A stretch of 64,000 nt of DNA, from contig NW_003526940.1 in NCBI RefSeq assembly GCF_000181795.1, positions 2,867,011 through 2,931,010 on the forward strand. Reading direction: 5' to 3'. The position numbers and the translations under genes are program-made. Shown one piece after another: positions 25,384-38,589 of the stretch. The DNA is from Trichinella spiralis. Taxonomy: Eukaryota. The notes beneath the pieces are model-generated. The model made no database searches, was not told the DNA's origin, and worked only from the letters and a program-made list of their open reading frames with translations. Each line of letters begins with the position of its first letter. The stretch's first letter is position 1.

Positions 25384-26488
25384 TCTCAATATAAGGTTTG
25401 GATGAAAATACTTGTACTTGTAATCTTTGATCTTAAAACTCTTGCATGGTAAACAACTTGCGCAAAACAAAATCATGCCGTAGGGCATCTGAAACTCGTG
25501 ATATAATTTCTGAATCATCATCAATTTCCATAAGAAATTGCCAAAGTCAGAAGTTTCAAAAGCAAAATTCATAGTAGAAGGGTTCACAAAAGCAGAGGAA
25601 TGAAATGGAATTATGCAATGTTGGCTAAAGGCAAGCATTAATGAAAAACTAGTTCACCTGACAATAAAAATCGACCGTCACAAAACTGAGTTTAAATTTC
25701 GCGAACATTTAAGTATTAAACAGAAAGAAAAGAATTGCACGTCACGGACCACAGGCTTATGCTTTAAACAAAAAGCTAGAAATGCAAAAGAGAAACAGGA
25801 AATTGGCTTGAGCGAAGAATATGCAAATCACAATTAGCATAAAAATAATGCTTCAACTCAACAGCGTCTTTTTGCACATGTACGCTCATATAACGAAATT
25901 TTGTTCTCTAAAGAATGCAAACTGAACGATTAGTCCTGGAAACGACATATCAGCGGAAATAAAAAGCACTGAAACGACAAACTTTGAAAATTTCAGATGG
26001 TTGAGGAAGAAGCATAAAGCTAAAGAATATTTAAATTGTTCCTGATTTGCGCCCAAAGCTGTTGTCAAACATGGTCACGTTTTTGATATAATACTCAAAA
26101 AAAAGAAGACTTTTGAAAAATCCAAAACTGCGTAATAGTTAAACGATAATTATTGAACGTAGAAAATGTCAACTATGTACAAGTGAATCTGAAGTTGAAG
26201 TTAAAGTGAAGCTGATGTTTGATGAAAGCAAAATATTCCAAACTGAAATTTAGAACCAAATCCAATGGATTTCGACGCGTAAATGAAAAAACAATTATTG
26301 CTTGCAAAGCAAACAAAATCTGTGGAATGAAAATTAGAAATCAGAAATTGCCAATCGATGATAAATGTGCGCTAAGAGGAAGTTTATGCCAACCTCATTG
26401 CTTAACTTATCATACACCATGAAAACATGCCCCACAAACTCAGTAAGAGTAAATGCCTTAATTAAACAAAATACATGATGATAGAAAT

Positions 26489-29400
26489 TTATAGATTCGA
26501 TTTCACAGTCATCATCTCTTTGAATACTTTTCCAACGGCATGGCTACCCTCACGACGCAGATAAATTGGAGCTGACATAGAATAATACGCATATGGAAGA
26601 CGTACAATCCAATATTTCGAGGATTCAAGTTGAATATCATCTACGCCGGTGTCAAAAATGATTGACTGGGCACTTTGAATTTGTATACGAGGTCGAATCT
26701 GGACTACAACTGGCGCTTTAGGAGTGACCACATGAATTCTCATCAACTGTCCCAAATAGAACGGTCCATTGGAACTAAATTAATAAACTTATTATTCGTC
26801 TTCAAAAAATCGAAAACAAAACAAATGAAAAATAATATAATTACTTAAATGCTTAAAAGTTTATTAACAAAAAATGTAATAAAAGTAAAAATGCATCATA
26901 CTGTTTGTTTGTTTTGGACAATAAAGCAGAAAAACAAAAGCACTTTACATACCGACAACTGCAAGGGAACATTAACGGCATGTCATTGTATAAAATTGCT
27001 TCTGCATCCTCCTGCAAATGTACTTTTAACAAATTACCAATACGGAGTGTGAGATGAAAAGTCAACATACAGTTGGTCCATACGGTCCGCTGTGTTTCAA
27101 AATTTTATCCGGAGATTCCATCATAAAACGATGTCCACGAGAGCATTCATATTCGAAACCGACAAAAACTTTCACATGCACTATACCTTCACCTAAATGA
27201 TAAACTTTCACAGGTAAAGTTGATAAATTAATAAGCCGAACAATTTATGTACCATTTCTTATTGCAGATGGTTTTTTGCTAAAATATGACATTCGTTTTG
27301 AATAACTAGCTGTTGTGTTCATCCACTGTTGCCATTTTTTCACATCTACAGTAACATTCACATCCCACGGCAATAAGTAATTGCTACCTCTGGTAAAATT
27401 AGGTTGATCTCGAATTCCTGATAAAACATTAGTTTAACATGAAAATAAATAATCGTTTAGTCATCTTCAACCACAGCATAACTTTTTTTCTTTTACCCTT
27501 CTGCCTTCTCTTTCTGATCCGTTGAATAGAAACAGTTAAATTGAATTTGCATAACAATAGTTAACAACAATTAAATCAATAAAATTAAAGTAGTATAAAT
27601 TTAAAAAAATCCATTTACAATTAACGTAAAAATGGGAATTTTAACAAATCAATTAATTTACAATGAACCACTAATTTTCACCACTAGAATAAGTTGATCG
27701 ATCAGAAAAAAGGCTAGGAAAAATTAGCTTGGGTAAAGATGATAGGACACAAAAGAACTCATACCGTGAGCGTGTGTATACAAACTGGAAGAACCAATAC
27801 AAGTGACAGCCCAAGATGGAAATACTGGAAGAGCATCTGGTGGACAGCGATTAGATGGCAAACCCCAGTAATAATTTTTGCCTGCCGTCGAACCGAGCAA
27901 TTTTCTTTCAACATATGCGGCATCGAAATCAAACTTCACTTGCGTATGACGTAGACAACTTTCTGATGCATCATCATCCGTTTCATCGTCAATTTCTGCA
28001 TCATCTTCATCTTCCACTGTATAATTGTCATCATTTTCATCCAGCGTTTCTTCTGCCAATTCGTGGCTGTCTTCTATGGAAAAAGCTTCTTCAGCCTCTA
28101 ATGAATCAGTAGACGCTATTGTTGTTGTTGAATTCAGTCTCATTCCATGGTCACGACCAACAGACTCCTCTTCCAAAGAGTGCCTCTCTTCAGAGCTGCT
28201 TGATAAAAATTTTTCCTCTTTTTCAAAACTAAAAGCTGGTAAATTATCACGGTCTGGAAGTAACATGTCCATTTCCATATTCTTATCTAAAAGTATTAAT
28301 TTAAAAATAAAATGTTACATTAAATTATGGGGAAAACATTATTACCGTCCGCTTCGTTAGATGACGACGAATCACCACTTGAAGTCAGTGGTTCTTGCAA
28401 TATTTCTGATGAACAACAAATCGGCGACTCAATACAATCGGCTTCAGGTAATTCTCCATCATAAACCGTAAATTCAAACTTTTCCAAATGCGAACAACAT
28501 CTGAACAGTCCATTTTCTTCATAAAATCCATAATTTGCAGATAACAAATCAAACGGATCGGCACGAGCTGATTGCTTATGTCCACAATTGCACGTACTGA
28601 TATAATTTAGACTTCCAATATGGGGCATAATTGGCAATGAACTACTTTCTTCTAATTCGCAAGTTCTGTGCCGCTAAAATAGATAATGAAAATTGAAAAA
28701 TTTGAATAAATTTAAAATTCCAAAGCAGAACAAATATTAAACACAAACTGGATTCATGCAAATGTTTCCTGTAACGCTGATTGCTTCGCACTGTTGTCGG
28801 CCAGCTTTCCACGTTTCTTCACAAGATGCTTTCAACGCTTCGATGGTCTCTTCCAAAAATAGTCCTCGAGCTTCTTGCTTTAAAACAAGAATAGCTTGCG
28901 CCAACTAAAATTTCAAATAAACAACAAAAATATTCCACTGAAAATGCTTACAAACTACCTTGCTCAAGTGTTCTGATTTTGGATAAAATTCTGGCAAACC
29001 TTTTTCATATGCATCCTTTGCTAATGGAAGAGCTCTGTCGCACAGTCTGTAAAATTTTTGTATAAATATAACAAAAATGTCGAGTAAAATTGTCGATTAA
29101 TTATAAAATACTCTCTAGACAAAACAGTATCAACATCCAAATGTTCAGCAAGCTTTTTACTTAACGTGCAAGTTGCACGGTTAGTGATCATATTTTCGTA
29201 CAATTTCGATGCAAACTGGATAAAAAGTTCCAAATTAGGTACCTAAACCAAAAATCATGCTAAAAATAAAATATTTCGGCACTTTCACCACGTCACTGCT
29301 CCTTGAATACCATTTCACGTGACTTAATAAATGCTCTCAACTGAAAATCGTCTAAAAAAGCAAACCTGAAATACAAAAGTCGAATCTATACTGTCATCAT

Positions 29401-31010
29401 TATCAAAATCATTTGCCACCGCATCAACATGATTTAACAAAAATTTTCGAAAACCATCGTATGCTGGGCGCAAATCATCATTCTGAGCTAAAGTAAAGCA
29501 TAACAGAACAAAAAACATTTGACAGTATTATCAAAATTCATACACTTAAGATATTCTAAAGTTATAAGCCGTGACATTTTTAGCCATGAATTCATATTTC
29601 GTGCAATGTCCCAAAGCGGATCGCACGGTTCTTCGGAAGAAGGAAGAATTAGCACAAATCTTTCCTTCTCAGGAAAACTAAATGCCATATCTTTCTTTAT
29701 ATACGTTGTATGTGCCAGACGGACATTATCAAAAACATCAAGAATCATCGCTTCAGCATTCATCTCCATTGTGTTGTATGTAACCTTGTAAAACAGCATA
29801 CATAATCATAACATATGCTAATTAGAAATGAAATTCAATTACTTGCTTTGCTTCAAATTTACCATCAGGTCTCATAAACTTAGGTGCTCGAGCAGAACAG
29901 AACAGCAATCTAGGAATAGCTAGGCGACTACTATAAATAAAATCTTCGCAAGCACCAGCGAGGTTTTTCAAAATTTCCGAAGTATCATTCTTCCAAATTT
30001 GTCTAAAAATCAGTTATAAAAAAAATATACATCCCTATACACTCCATTACCTGTACCAATTGGCGTTGCGAAATAATCGTAGAAAATTCATATCAAAATC
30101 ACATGTCGGATGATATAACTTCAAAAATTTAAGCAATGTTAAAACTATTTCCTCACAAAACATTAGCAATTTTATGCTCAGATAAAATATGCCGTCATGC
30201 AAAAAGTTATTCAACTTTTCAATGAAGCATTCATAATTTAAAACAATTTCCCTATAAATATGAAAATGAATGTTGTTAAATCAATGTTGATTTTCATGCT
30301 CGAATTATTCATGCAGTGCAGTGCAATGCAAAACAAAACAACTATGTGCTACAATTATGTATATTATTAAAATTTATACAAGATAACAATTTTTATCAAG
30401 CATTTCTTACCAAAATAACATGAGAAACCATTAACAGATATGCTACAAATGTAGTGTATTCTAATTCCATGTCAAATAACGAGGAATTGAAATTCTATAA
30501 AAGTTACAATATAAATTAAATTTACTAGTAAATGAGAAAAAACACAACATTTTCTATTTGCAGAGAAAATCTGTTAAGATCATTCGGGCCAACCAACCGC
30601 AGAAGAAGAATAGATGAATCACGATCAAACGCGGCTTCAATACAACAGCTCTTGTACTTCTTCGTGCATGTAAATAAATCTTTCCGAAAAGCATGATTAA
30701 TAAATTTAGAAATGTCCCAATTATCATTCAGACTACTCTTTCCAATGATGCCAATCACATAAATTGGGTTCTCTTTAGGAATTAATCTAAAAAATTTCAA
30801 TTAAATTTCACACAGTAAAATATATAATTTATACAATATCAAAAAATGTAAATTCAATAATATTTAATTATGAAATTAACTGTAAAATCTATATTTAACA
30901 TACTTGTTACGAGAAATTTCATTAAACCAATCTTTCAAATCCATCTCTTTACTGTTTTCAAATGGAAAATTAATATCGTACCACCCAGGCCTGTTCTTCC
31001 AATGCAATCT
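26489..31010 (-). CDS. smg-8: Nonsense-mediated decay factor SMG8, multi-exon (5' end uncertain)
   Basis: [87 protein letters not shown] and [15 protein letters not shown] are SMG8 motifs in the expected order. Confidence 0.92.
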
Positions 31011-34000
31011 ATAAATTAATTTGAAAAAAACTATAATGATAAACAGCATGCCAAAATTGTGGTAAACAAATGAGATAATTTAATCAATTAAATCAGCAGC
31101 ATATATGTAAAAAATTAACTGAAATACATTACAAAAAGAAATAAACTAAAAGTTAAATTTTCAAATGTTATAAAACAGACAATATGTGGATAATTAAATC
31201 CACATTAAATGAAACTATCGTTATAAATACTAAATCAAAATTCTATTACCGGTTTGAATAAAAAAATCAAAATTCTAAAATTATAATAAGCTTAATATAA
31301 ATAAATTGCATCTAAAGAAGAAAAGAAAATCTGTTACCGTTCTTAAACTGCTTACATATTTTAAACATACTTTAAATATAATTAAATTTATACCATGATA
31401 TAATTAAAGTTAAATGATTTTTTCAAACATAAATTAAATTTAAAATTAAAAAATTACATATCAACATATTTTCGATAAATAAACTTTAATCGTCACTTTT
31501 ACAAAAATTAAGTACAGTAAGCAAAATAATGAAGTTAGTAAATGAACTAAATTTATCTCATTAAAAGGTAAGATATTTCTATGCAATTGCTTGACAAGAA
31601 TTACTTAATAAATAAAATATTTTTTTAATTAAAAATATGATATAACAGGAAAGTATAATATTATTGCAGTGTCATACAGTTCAGTGTTTTTTGTCTATTC
31701 ATATTTCTAATTTTAATTATGGAAATGATCATTAATTTTAAAATTAAAAATATTATGGCATGATAATAATTTTATTTTACAATTAATTTGTATATTAAAT
31801 AAACACTTGCACATCAACAATTAGTCTTCTGTCTATCAGGTTACTGTATTAAAGAATGGAATTATTTTAGCTTTTCAAGCAGTGAAGACAGCACAAAAAT
31901 AATATTTGCTGCATTGTCTTTTTAGAAACTTTGAATTAGTTATCACAGGCTTGGAATCTTTGAGATTGTTTATTATACTGTTTAAAGTAGGAAAGAGGCC
32001 ATTTATTATTGTTTAGTATGATTTTTTTGTATTTAAGGTAGATTATGCTTGCTGAAGAAAACTTTTACTTGCATTTATTGCGTCTGCTATATTTTATAAT
32101 TTGATTATGCAATTATCACCTTTGGTACTTTTCTTGATGATGAACATAATGTGACAGAAAATATTTTGAAGAAATGAGACTGTGTGGGTCAAATGAGGTA
32201 TTTAAGTTTTTCAAGTATTTTGAATCAGTGGGTGATTATTTTATTGTATTGAATTTTGCAGTGATATACAGCTGAAAGAAATGGAAAAGCTTTGTGGATG
32301 TCTTCATTTGAAAAACATGACGTTTCAAGTGACGATGGTTTATAGCAGTTTACGAAGGTATGTGTTATTTGCTTTTATTTACACATATTTTTTTCATTTA
32401 TTGATGTGATGAATGCTTATGACACCTCTTATGTTAGCCGAAAGCAATGAATACACATAAATTCTGAATTTAAGTTAAGAAGAAAATGCATCTTTGTTTA
32501 CATGATATGAGCAGTTTATTATTTTACGTTAATTTTAGGTTTTTTACGGCTGAAGAAGAAAACTAGATGGGCTTCTTCACGGTATCTTGTCCACATAAAC
32601 GTTTTTTTGTAAAACTGCGATGAAATGAATCTTGTTAAGTCGTTTGCATTTGTTTTTCATAACATTTGGCGTAACATATTTAATCAGATTGATGTTAGCG
32701 TAAATTTTAATGGATAGCATTCTATGATTATGACGAGCAGTTATAAATAGCAAGCATATTAGATTTTCTTGTATTGAAAGTCAGATTTCGTTCAAGAATT
32801 TCTTTTATGTGCAAGAAAGGTAAGGCTTTAAATTGATAATATATTAATATATAATAATGCAATGACACTTTTAACTCTAACTAAAGCCATTTTCTGAAAT
32901 CATTCATAATTTTAAAATGAATTCACAGCATTATTTTCTATTCCAAATTGTAAAACAGCAAATGATCGGCACAGATTTATTTAGGTATTACTTTTATCAC
33001 TTAAGTACTTTCTTTTGGTATATTTATTACTGAAAATCATGTACCGAGAATTTCTATGCTTTTTGCAACTTTTGGGATGTGCTCGTCTTAAGAAAATGAA
33101 TAAAAATGTCAAGTTTTTAAAATAAACTGTTATCAACAGTGAGTACTTTGTGATTTTTTATTTTCATAATCTGCTTTTTGAATGTATCACTGGTTTGCAC
33201 TATTCCACCAACTTAATACACTTGCTTTGCAACGCATTTCCATTTGCCATGACTGTAGCCATGCATACTTCAGTCATCTGCATGGCAAATTCACAGTAAA
33301 ATGGCCTTTGCTCAACTTGGTTGGCCACAATTTTTTGCTAGTATTACAAGTTGTAAATTAAACGCTATTATATTTGAAAAACACGAGGCAGAACTCATAG
33401 GCAACTGGATCCACAGCAACCGTTGTGCACATTTCCAAAAATTGTTTTCTAAATGTTGAATTTTTACAAATTTCATGCTGATGCTTTGAGGCAAAAAATT
33501 TGAATATGCTACGAAAAATCAATTAAAACTGTCAGTTGTGAGCAATGGAAGGTAATTGAATTGAAAAATTACTATTCATTCAAAGAACTGTACAAAAAAT
33601 AAGCACTTTTAAATGAAACATTATAAATAAAAAAGATTATTGCTATTAAATCGTCAATGAAAATTTTCATAACGTCTACGTCCTACGTCAACACAAAATT
33701 CTTTTCTTAACGATAGAAAAAGTGGCCCAAACCTTTCGTATTAATATTCCCTTCTTTTTTCTTTATTCTAATAATTTCGAAACCTATTCGTTGGGCATCT
33801 CTTGTCAACAATTTATCTTAAAGTATTTTAACTACCATAGCAGAATTTTTGATATTAAATTTACAAAAATATTCTGATAAAGTAAGCGTGCGACATTATT
33901 ATTTAATTATGTAAATTATACTTACTGCACTGTGACACATATAATACAATATTTATTGCGTTTTTTGTTTAAAAGTCTTAGAGAAACTTAATGTTTATAT

Positions 34001-34465
34001 GGGTATAATAGTACTTTTAAATTTTGAATTTTGCTTATTCAGGTTTAAGCCTTTTGCTATAACTTGCAAATTTTCATTGCCAAACAGCAAATGGAAGATA
34101 AATCAATTTACATGTTTTTGATTTCTCATTAATTTAATTAAATAACGTGATGTTTTATTTGTAACCTGAAATTGCTTTGTTATATATGAATCACTTTTTT
34201 GGTGGACAATATTTTTTTGATATTTTCAGCTGCACTGATATGACTTTGATTTGAAACACATTTTGAGTCGTAAATAACATGATGCTTGGAACATCTATAC
34301 AGTAGTTGAATGCTTATACAACGATCATTTATTATCACAAAAATGAACATATTAAACAACTGTTGCGCTTTGCTTAAATGATAACAATTTTTCAAATCTG
34401 ATCAATGTACATATTAAGTGAAATAAAAGATAATTTGCAAATGTAGTAGTGGGGGAGGTTTTTCA

Positions 34466-35920
34466 TCAGTTGCGACGAAAAACAAAGCTCGGTGGAGTAG
34501 ACACCGCTGGTGTGAGCTGAGGAGGTTTATCTGAATTAGCCAAAATTGCCCGTCCAACAGTGAATGAATTAGCTGTAGCAGAAAAGCTGGAAGAAGAAGA
34601 TTTCAAATGGGTTTTATGCCTCCACGATGTGCTAATAGGAGGTGATACTACACTGCCTCGATGATATGATCCATTGAATACTATGGTACCAATATATGAT
34701 CCAAATTTGTCTTGAAATTGCCACAAGGAAGCCAGCGACAAACGACGTTCATGAATGTAATTTCGCAGAGTGAGAATCAGTGATTCGCCTAATTTTCGTT
34801 GGCCATATTTGTCCATCACTGTCATTGTTGGATCAGTAGAACGCAATTTCTGCGCTATTGCATTCAAACTGGGCAACAAAGTTCGTTCTATTTCTTCAAC
34901 ACCAAGCTCAACTAGCGTTGCAACTGCACCATAAATATTATGAAAAGATGAATGAGGATCATTAATCACCCGACCCAACAATTTTTCCACCCGTGTTCGA
35001 AGATGTTTATTTTTGCTGACAACTTTTGCAATATTCTTAGCGGAAAAATCACGTAATCGCCAATGCTCATTCGCTTCTGGTTTTGCGGAAAGCCTAGTGT
35101 AAAGTGCACAATTCAACATTGACGGAAGCAATCGATGCAAATACAAGTCGCAGTTGAACGATGGATTCTTTAAAATAGCATCAATCATTCGCATTAAATA
35201 AATGCATACCACAAATGAGCTTCCAAGAGCGTTAACAAGAATACCGCGATGAATGAACGAAACAAAATGTGGCAGCAGACATTTCAACGATGTATCATTA
35301 GCAAGACCGGCCAAAGCTAGCTTACGTCGTTCTTCATCATGGCACACGCAAGCTTCGGTCACTGTGAAAAAATACGACTGCATTTCTTTGGATATTGAAT
35401 TTGGTCGACAGAGCATTGGATAGACGCATTCTAATCGTTGCTGTTTCCGCTCTTCCAATGCATTCTGTTGTTGTTCGATCTCAACTTTCTTTTCAGCAAG
35501 CATCAAATCTACTCTCGCTTTTTCAGTTTCTTCGTTCTCATTCAAAAGCCAATAAGCAAATAAACGCGATTCTAACGGCGGACGCAAATTACAATCTTTC
35601 AAAAATGTGCTCAATTCTAATTCTTCATCCACGTCGACATACAGGCCATCTTTTCCCGCAATACGGGCCGGCAAATAGGCACCGTTTCCAAAAAAGTTGA
35701 TTGGCTGTGCACCACGATTGCGCAATATGCGTGTAATGTCCGACGTTGTTAAACGACGCCCACAGCGAAGCTGTAGCAAATGTCGAGCTTCAGAAATCAC
35801 CGAGACCAATTCCATAGCTGCGCATTCAGCAATCAGAGTGACAGCACTTTCAGCAACATTCTGATATTCTCCGTATTCTTCCAATGTTTTTACAAACGCT
35901 TTCGCAAAATTTGAAACCAT
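34466..35920 (-). CDS. taf-6: TFIID subunit TAF6 (or TAF6-like), intronless, 484 aa
   Basis: N-terminal histone fold (EARHLLQLRCGRRLTTSDI), SISKEMQSYFFTVTEAC, LANDTSLKCLLPHF, YLHRLLPSMLNC and EHWRLRDFSA (TAF6 HEAT domain). Confidence 0.92.
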   Translation of the reverse strand: MVSNFAKAFVKTLEEYGEYQNVAESAVTLIAECAAMELVSVISEARHLLQLRCGRRLTTSDITRILRNRGAQPINFFGNGAYLPARIAGKDGLYVDVDEELELSTFLKDCNLRPPLESRLFAYWLLNENEETEKARVDLMLAEKKVEIEQQQNALEERKQQRLECVYPMLCRPNSISKEMQSYFFTVTEACVCHDEERRKLALAGLANDTSLKCLLPHFVSFIHRGILVNALGSSFVVCIYLMRMIDAILKNPSFNCDLYLHRLLPSMLNCALYTRLSAKPEANEHWRLRDFSAKNIAKVVSKNKHLRTRVEKLLGRVINDPHSSFHNIYGAVATLVELGVEEIERTLLPSLNAIAQKLRSTDPTMTVMDKYGQRKLGESLILTLRNYIHERRLSLASLWQFQDKFGSYIGTIVFNGSYHRGSVVSPPISTSWRHKTHLKSSSSSFSATANSFTVGRAILANSDKPPQLTPAVSTPPSFVFRRN

Positions 35921-37088
35921 AGTGTAAAAATAATCTAGAAAATTTTAAACTTCATTAAGTTACAACATTTGTTTAAAAAATAAAATAAATACACGCATTT
36001 TTATCCCATTAAAATATTCAACTTTGTAAATTCGACTTATGATACAATTAGTGTTCTGAAACAATTACTCAAAAAGTGCAATGTTAAATCCTAGCGTATA
36101 TATACAATTGCACCTTTGCAGATATAATTCCATATAACTGAATTCTAACAGAAAAATTACAATAAATCTGTCAAAACCAATATTAAGTTCACTTATTCAA
36201 TTAAATTATTCAATTCACTCATTTATTCACTTAATTAAATCTATTGAGCAAAAGTAACGATTACAGAAAAATCAGCTAAAGAAAACTTATTGAACTTATT
36301 TTTGAATATATCAATAGCTAACATCGCTCAAATTGAAATCTAATTACTTCAAAAACAATTTCCAGTTAGATGAAATACAAAAATATCATGAATAAGAATA
36401 TTCCAATAAATGTTATGAAGATCAGTATTTCAATAAAACATTCATTTCATTCACCCAGATAAAAATAAAAAGCCAATTTTCAACAGTGCAAATGTTTAAT
36501 TGCTAATGAAATGTCCTAAAAAAGTGAACATTATATAAAAATTACAAAGTACGAAAGGATTTGCCTCATGAAATGCAATGTTAATTATAAATGAATAACA
36601 AAAAATTAATATAAAATACTAACATTATTCTATGCTAAGATAACCGTAAACTAAAAATGGAAAAATATAAATGAGTGACATTGAATTGTGATCATAAATG
36701 AACAGTAATAAATTGAGGTGATATCATAGAAGGCGCTACAATTTCATCACATACAAAAATATAAATGAAATTTAAAAAGAAAAAATCAGCTTTAAATATG
36801 AAAATAAAATGAACCTTACTATAAATGCAAAAAGTATAACCACCAAATTTTGACTTCAAAAAATTACATTTACAAAATTACAGTATGAATAAACATACAG
36901 TATTTTGACAGAAAGGCATAAATTATTAATAGCAAAATATTTATGGAAATGTTCTAGGAAATTATAGCTACTGTAAATTCAATTGCTTGTAATATGTTAA
37001 AGAAAACTATAATATTTTATGCAGAATTATGAAATAAAAAAATTAGTCTTCATTCAGCATGCAAGAATTTACAAATCATTTAAGTACA

Positions 37089-38395
37089 TGTAACAGCCCT
37101 TGCTATACGGCGGCGTTGCTCATCGCAGGTCCGGCTGAGGCAGACGCGGAGCCGCAGCAATAAAACCTCCCATCCCGCCTAGTTCAAAGACGCTGCCGAC
37201 GAGGACAACTGGTGGCTTCTGGCGACAGACCCTCATGGCCCGACACGTCGGTACCTAATTAGCCATTGTTTGGCGGGTCGTTCGGTCATTGATCCAAGGG
37301 CACGCCGGTCGCTGATGATCCATTGGGGCAGCGGATCAAAGCCCCTGCGTAACGTGCCGCTGATTTATAGAAGGGCCGCAAGCCGGGGGACTGTCAGCAA
37401 GACAATAGGGGATCAAATTTCAGTTGACCCACCCCGGTGCCCCCCTGCGGCGCGAGCCTTCTATATATTGGAGCGGTGAAGACCGAGAGGGATCTTCTAT
37501 CTTTTCGGAGCGAGAGCGGTGACCGACGTGAAGACGAGTGGTACAAGTAAAGGTGTGTTCAGAGAATGTCGGCGAGAAGACGAAACCTAGCGAGCGAGAA
37601 AGAACAAGTACAGAGCAACGGCGGACAAACTGGCGCGGACCTGGAGGCAGATCCAGTGGCCGCACCCGGCGGGTCGTTACAATTGGGGCCTGTTCAGGAA
37701 ATGACGTTGAAGGGAGCCGCAACTGCTTGGGACAGTTCCTTGCAGGAGCTTAAACGTCACCTGCTGGATGCCTACGACCAGAGCGAGTCTTCGATCCGGT
37801 TAGAAATGCGTTTCAGTGGCCTGCGGCAACGAAAGGATCAGCCTGTCCGAAACTTCGCACGCGAAGTGGCCGAAGTGGGATGCAAAGCCGATAAATCAGA
37901 GAGCGAATTGATCAGCAATTTCATCCTCGGCCTGGCGTCCAAAGAACTCCATCGAGAGCTTTGCCTGCGGGAGCAGGCGACTCTAACAAAGGCACGCCAG
38001 TTGGCGGAAGGAGTGACTGAGATCGAGGAAGGCTGGCGGAGAACAGTCGACGATGCTGCCTCGGGGAATGGCGGCCTAGCCAAGACTGTGAAAGCTTTGA
38101 CCCGGCGCATGGACAAGTTGGAGGTGACGCGAGAGCGATCGTTCCCTTTTGCAACCCATACGGAGAGCAATGGAGTGCTTTGAGTGCGGTAGCCCGGCCA
38201 CCTCCGACGCGACTGCCCCTACAAAAGACGCCGAACCCAACGACAGCCAACGGACGCGAAGAGCGGCGGACCTGGGAACCGCAGGGTGTTGACCATGGCC
38301 AGACTGCAAGCAGGAGACACGCCACATGTAAACAGTAAGCTGAACGGAACTAGGGTCTCCTTACTGCTAGACACCGGGGCGGTGGTCTCATGCAT
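37089..38395 (+). mobile_element. 3'-truncated Ty3/gypsy LTR retrotransposon: LTR, PBS, gag, start of protease
   Basis: Sharp GC-rich island; TGTAAC...ACA candidate LTR at 37089-37207 containing AATAAA; PBS-like TGGTGGCTTCTGGCG at 37210; gag (FSGLRQRKDQPVRNFAREV); frameshifted CCHC knuckle CFECGSP-HLRRDCP; protease LLDTGAVVS, then an abrupt end. Confidence 0.9.
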
Positions 38396-38589
38396 GCTCA
38401 GAATGCATTTTTTAATAAATATTCCATGTAATGTTGTCAAACGTATGCTATATTTTGAAAAGGATTTGAAACATTCCTATACAAAGTACTTGCAGTGCAT
38501 TAGCAAAATACAGTTCCAATTGTAGCAGAAGATGATATTTATTGAAAACCCCATAGTTTATTGTTTAATTCATCCTCAATTTGGTTACC

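Noticed and set aside
38150..38290. Programmed gag-pol frameshift
   Set aside because: The shifts fall before and inside the zinc knuckle, which fits mutational decay better than a recoding site
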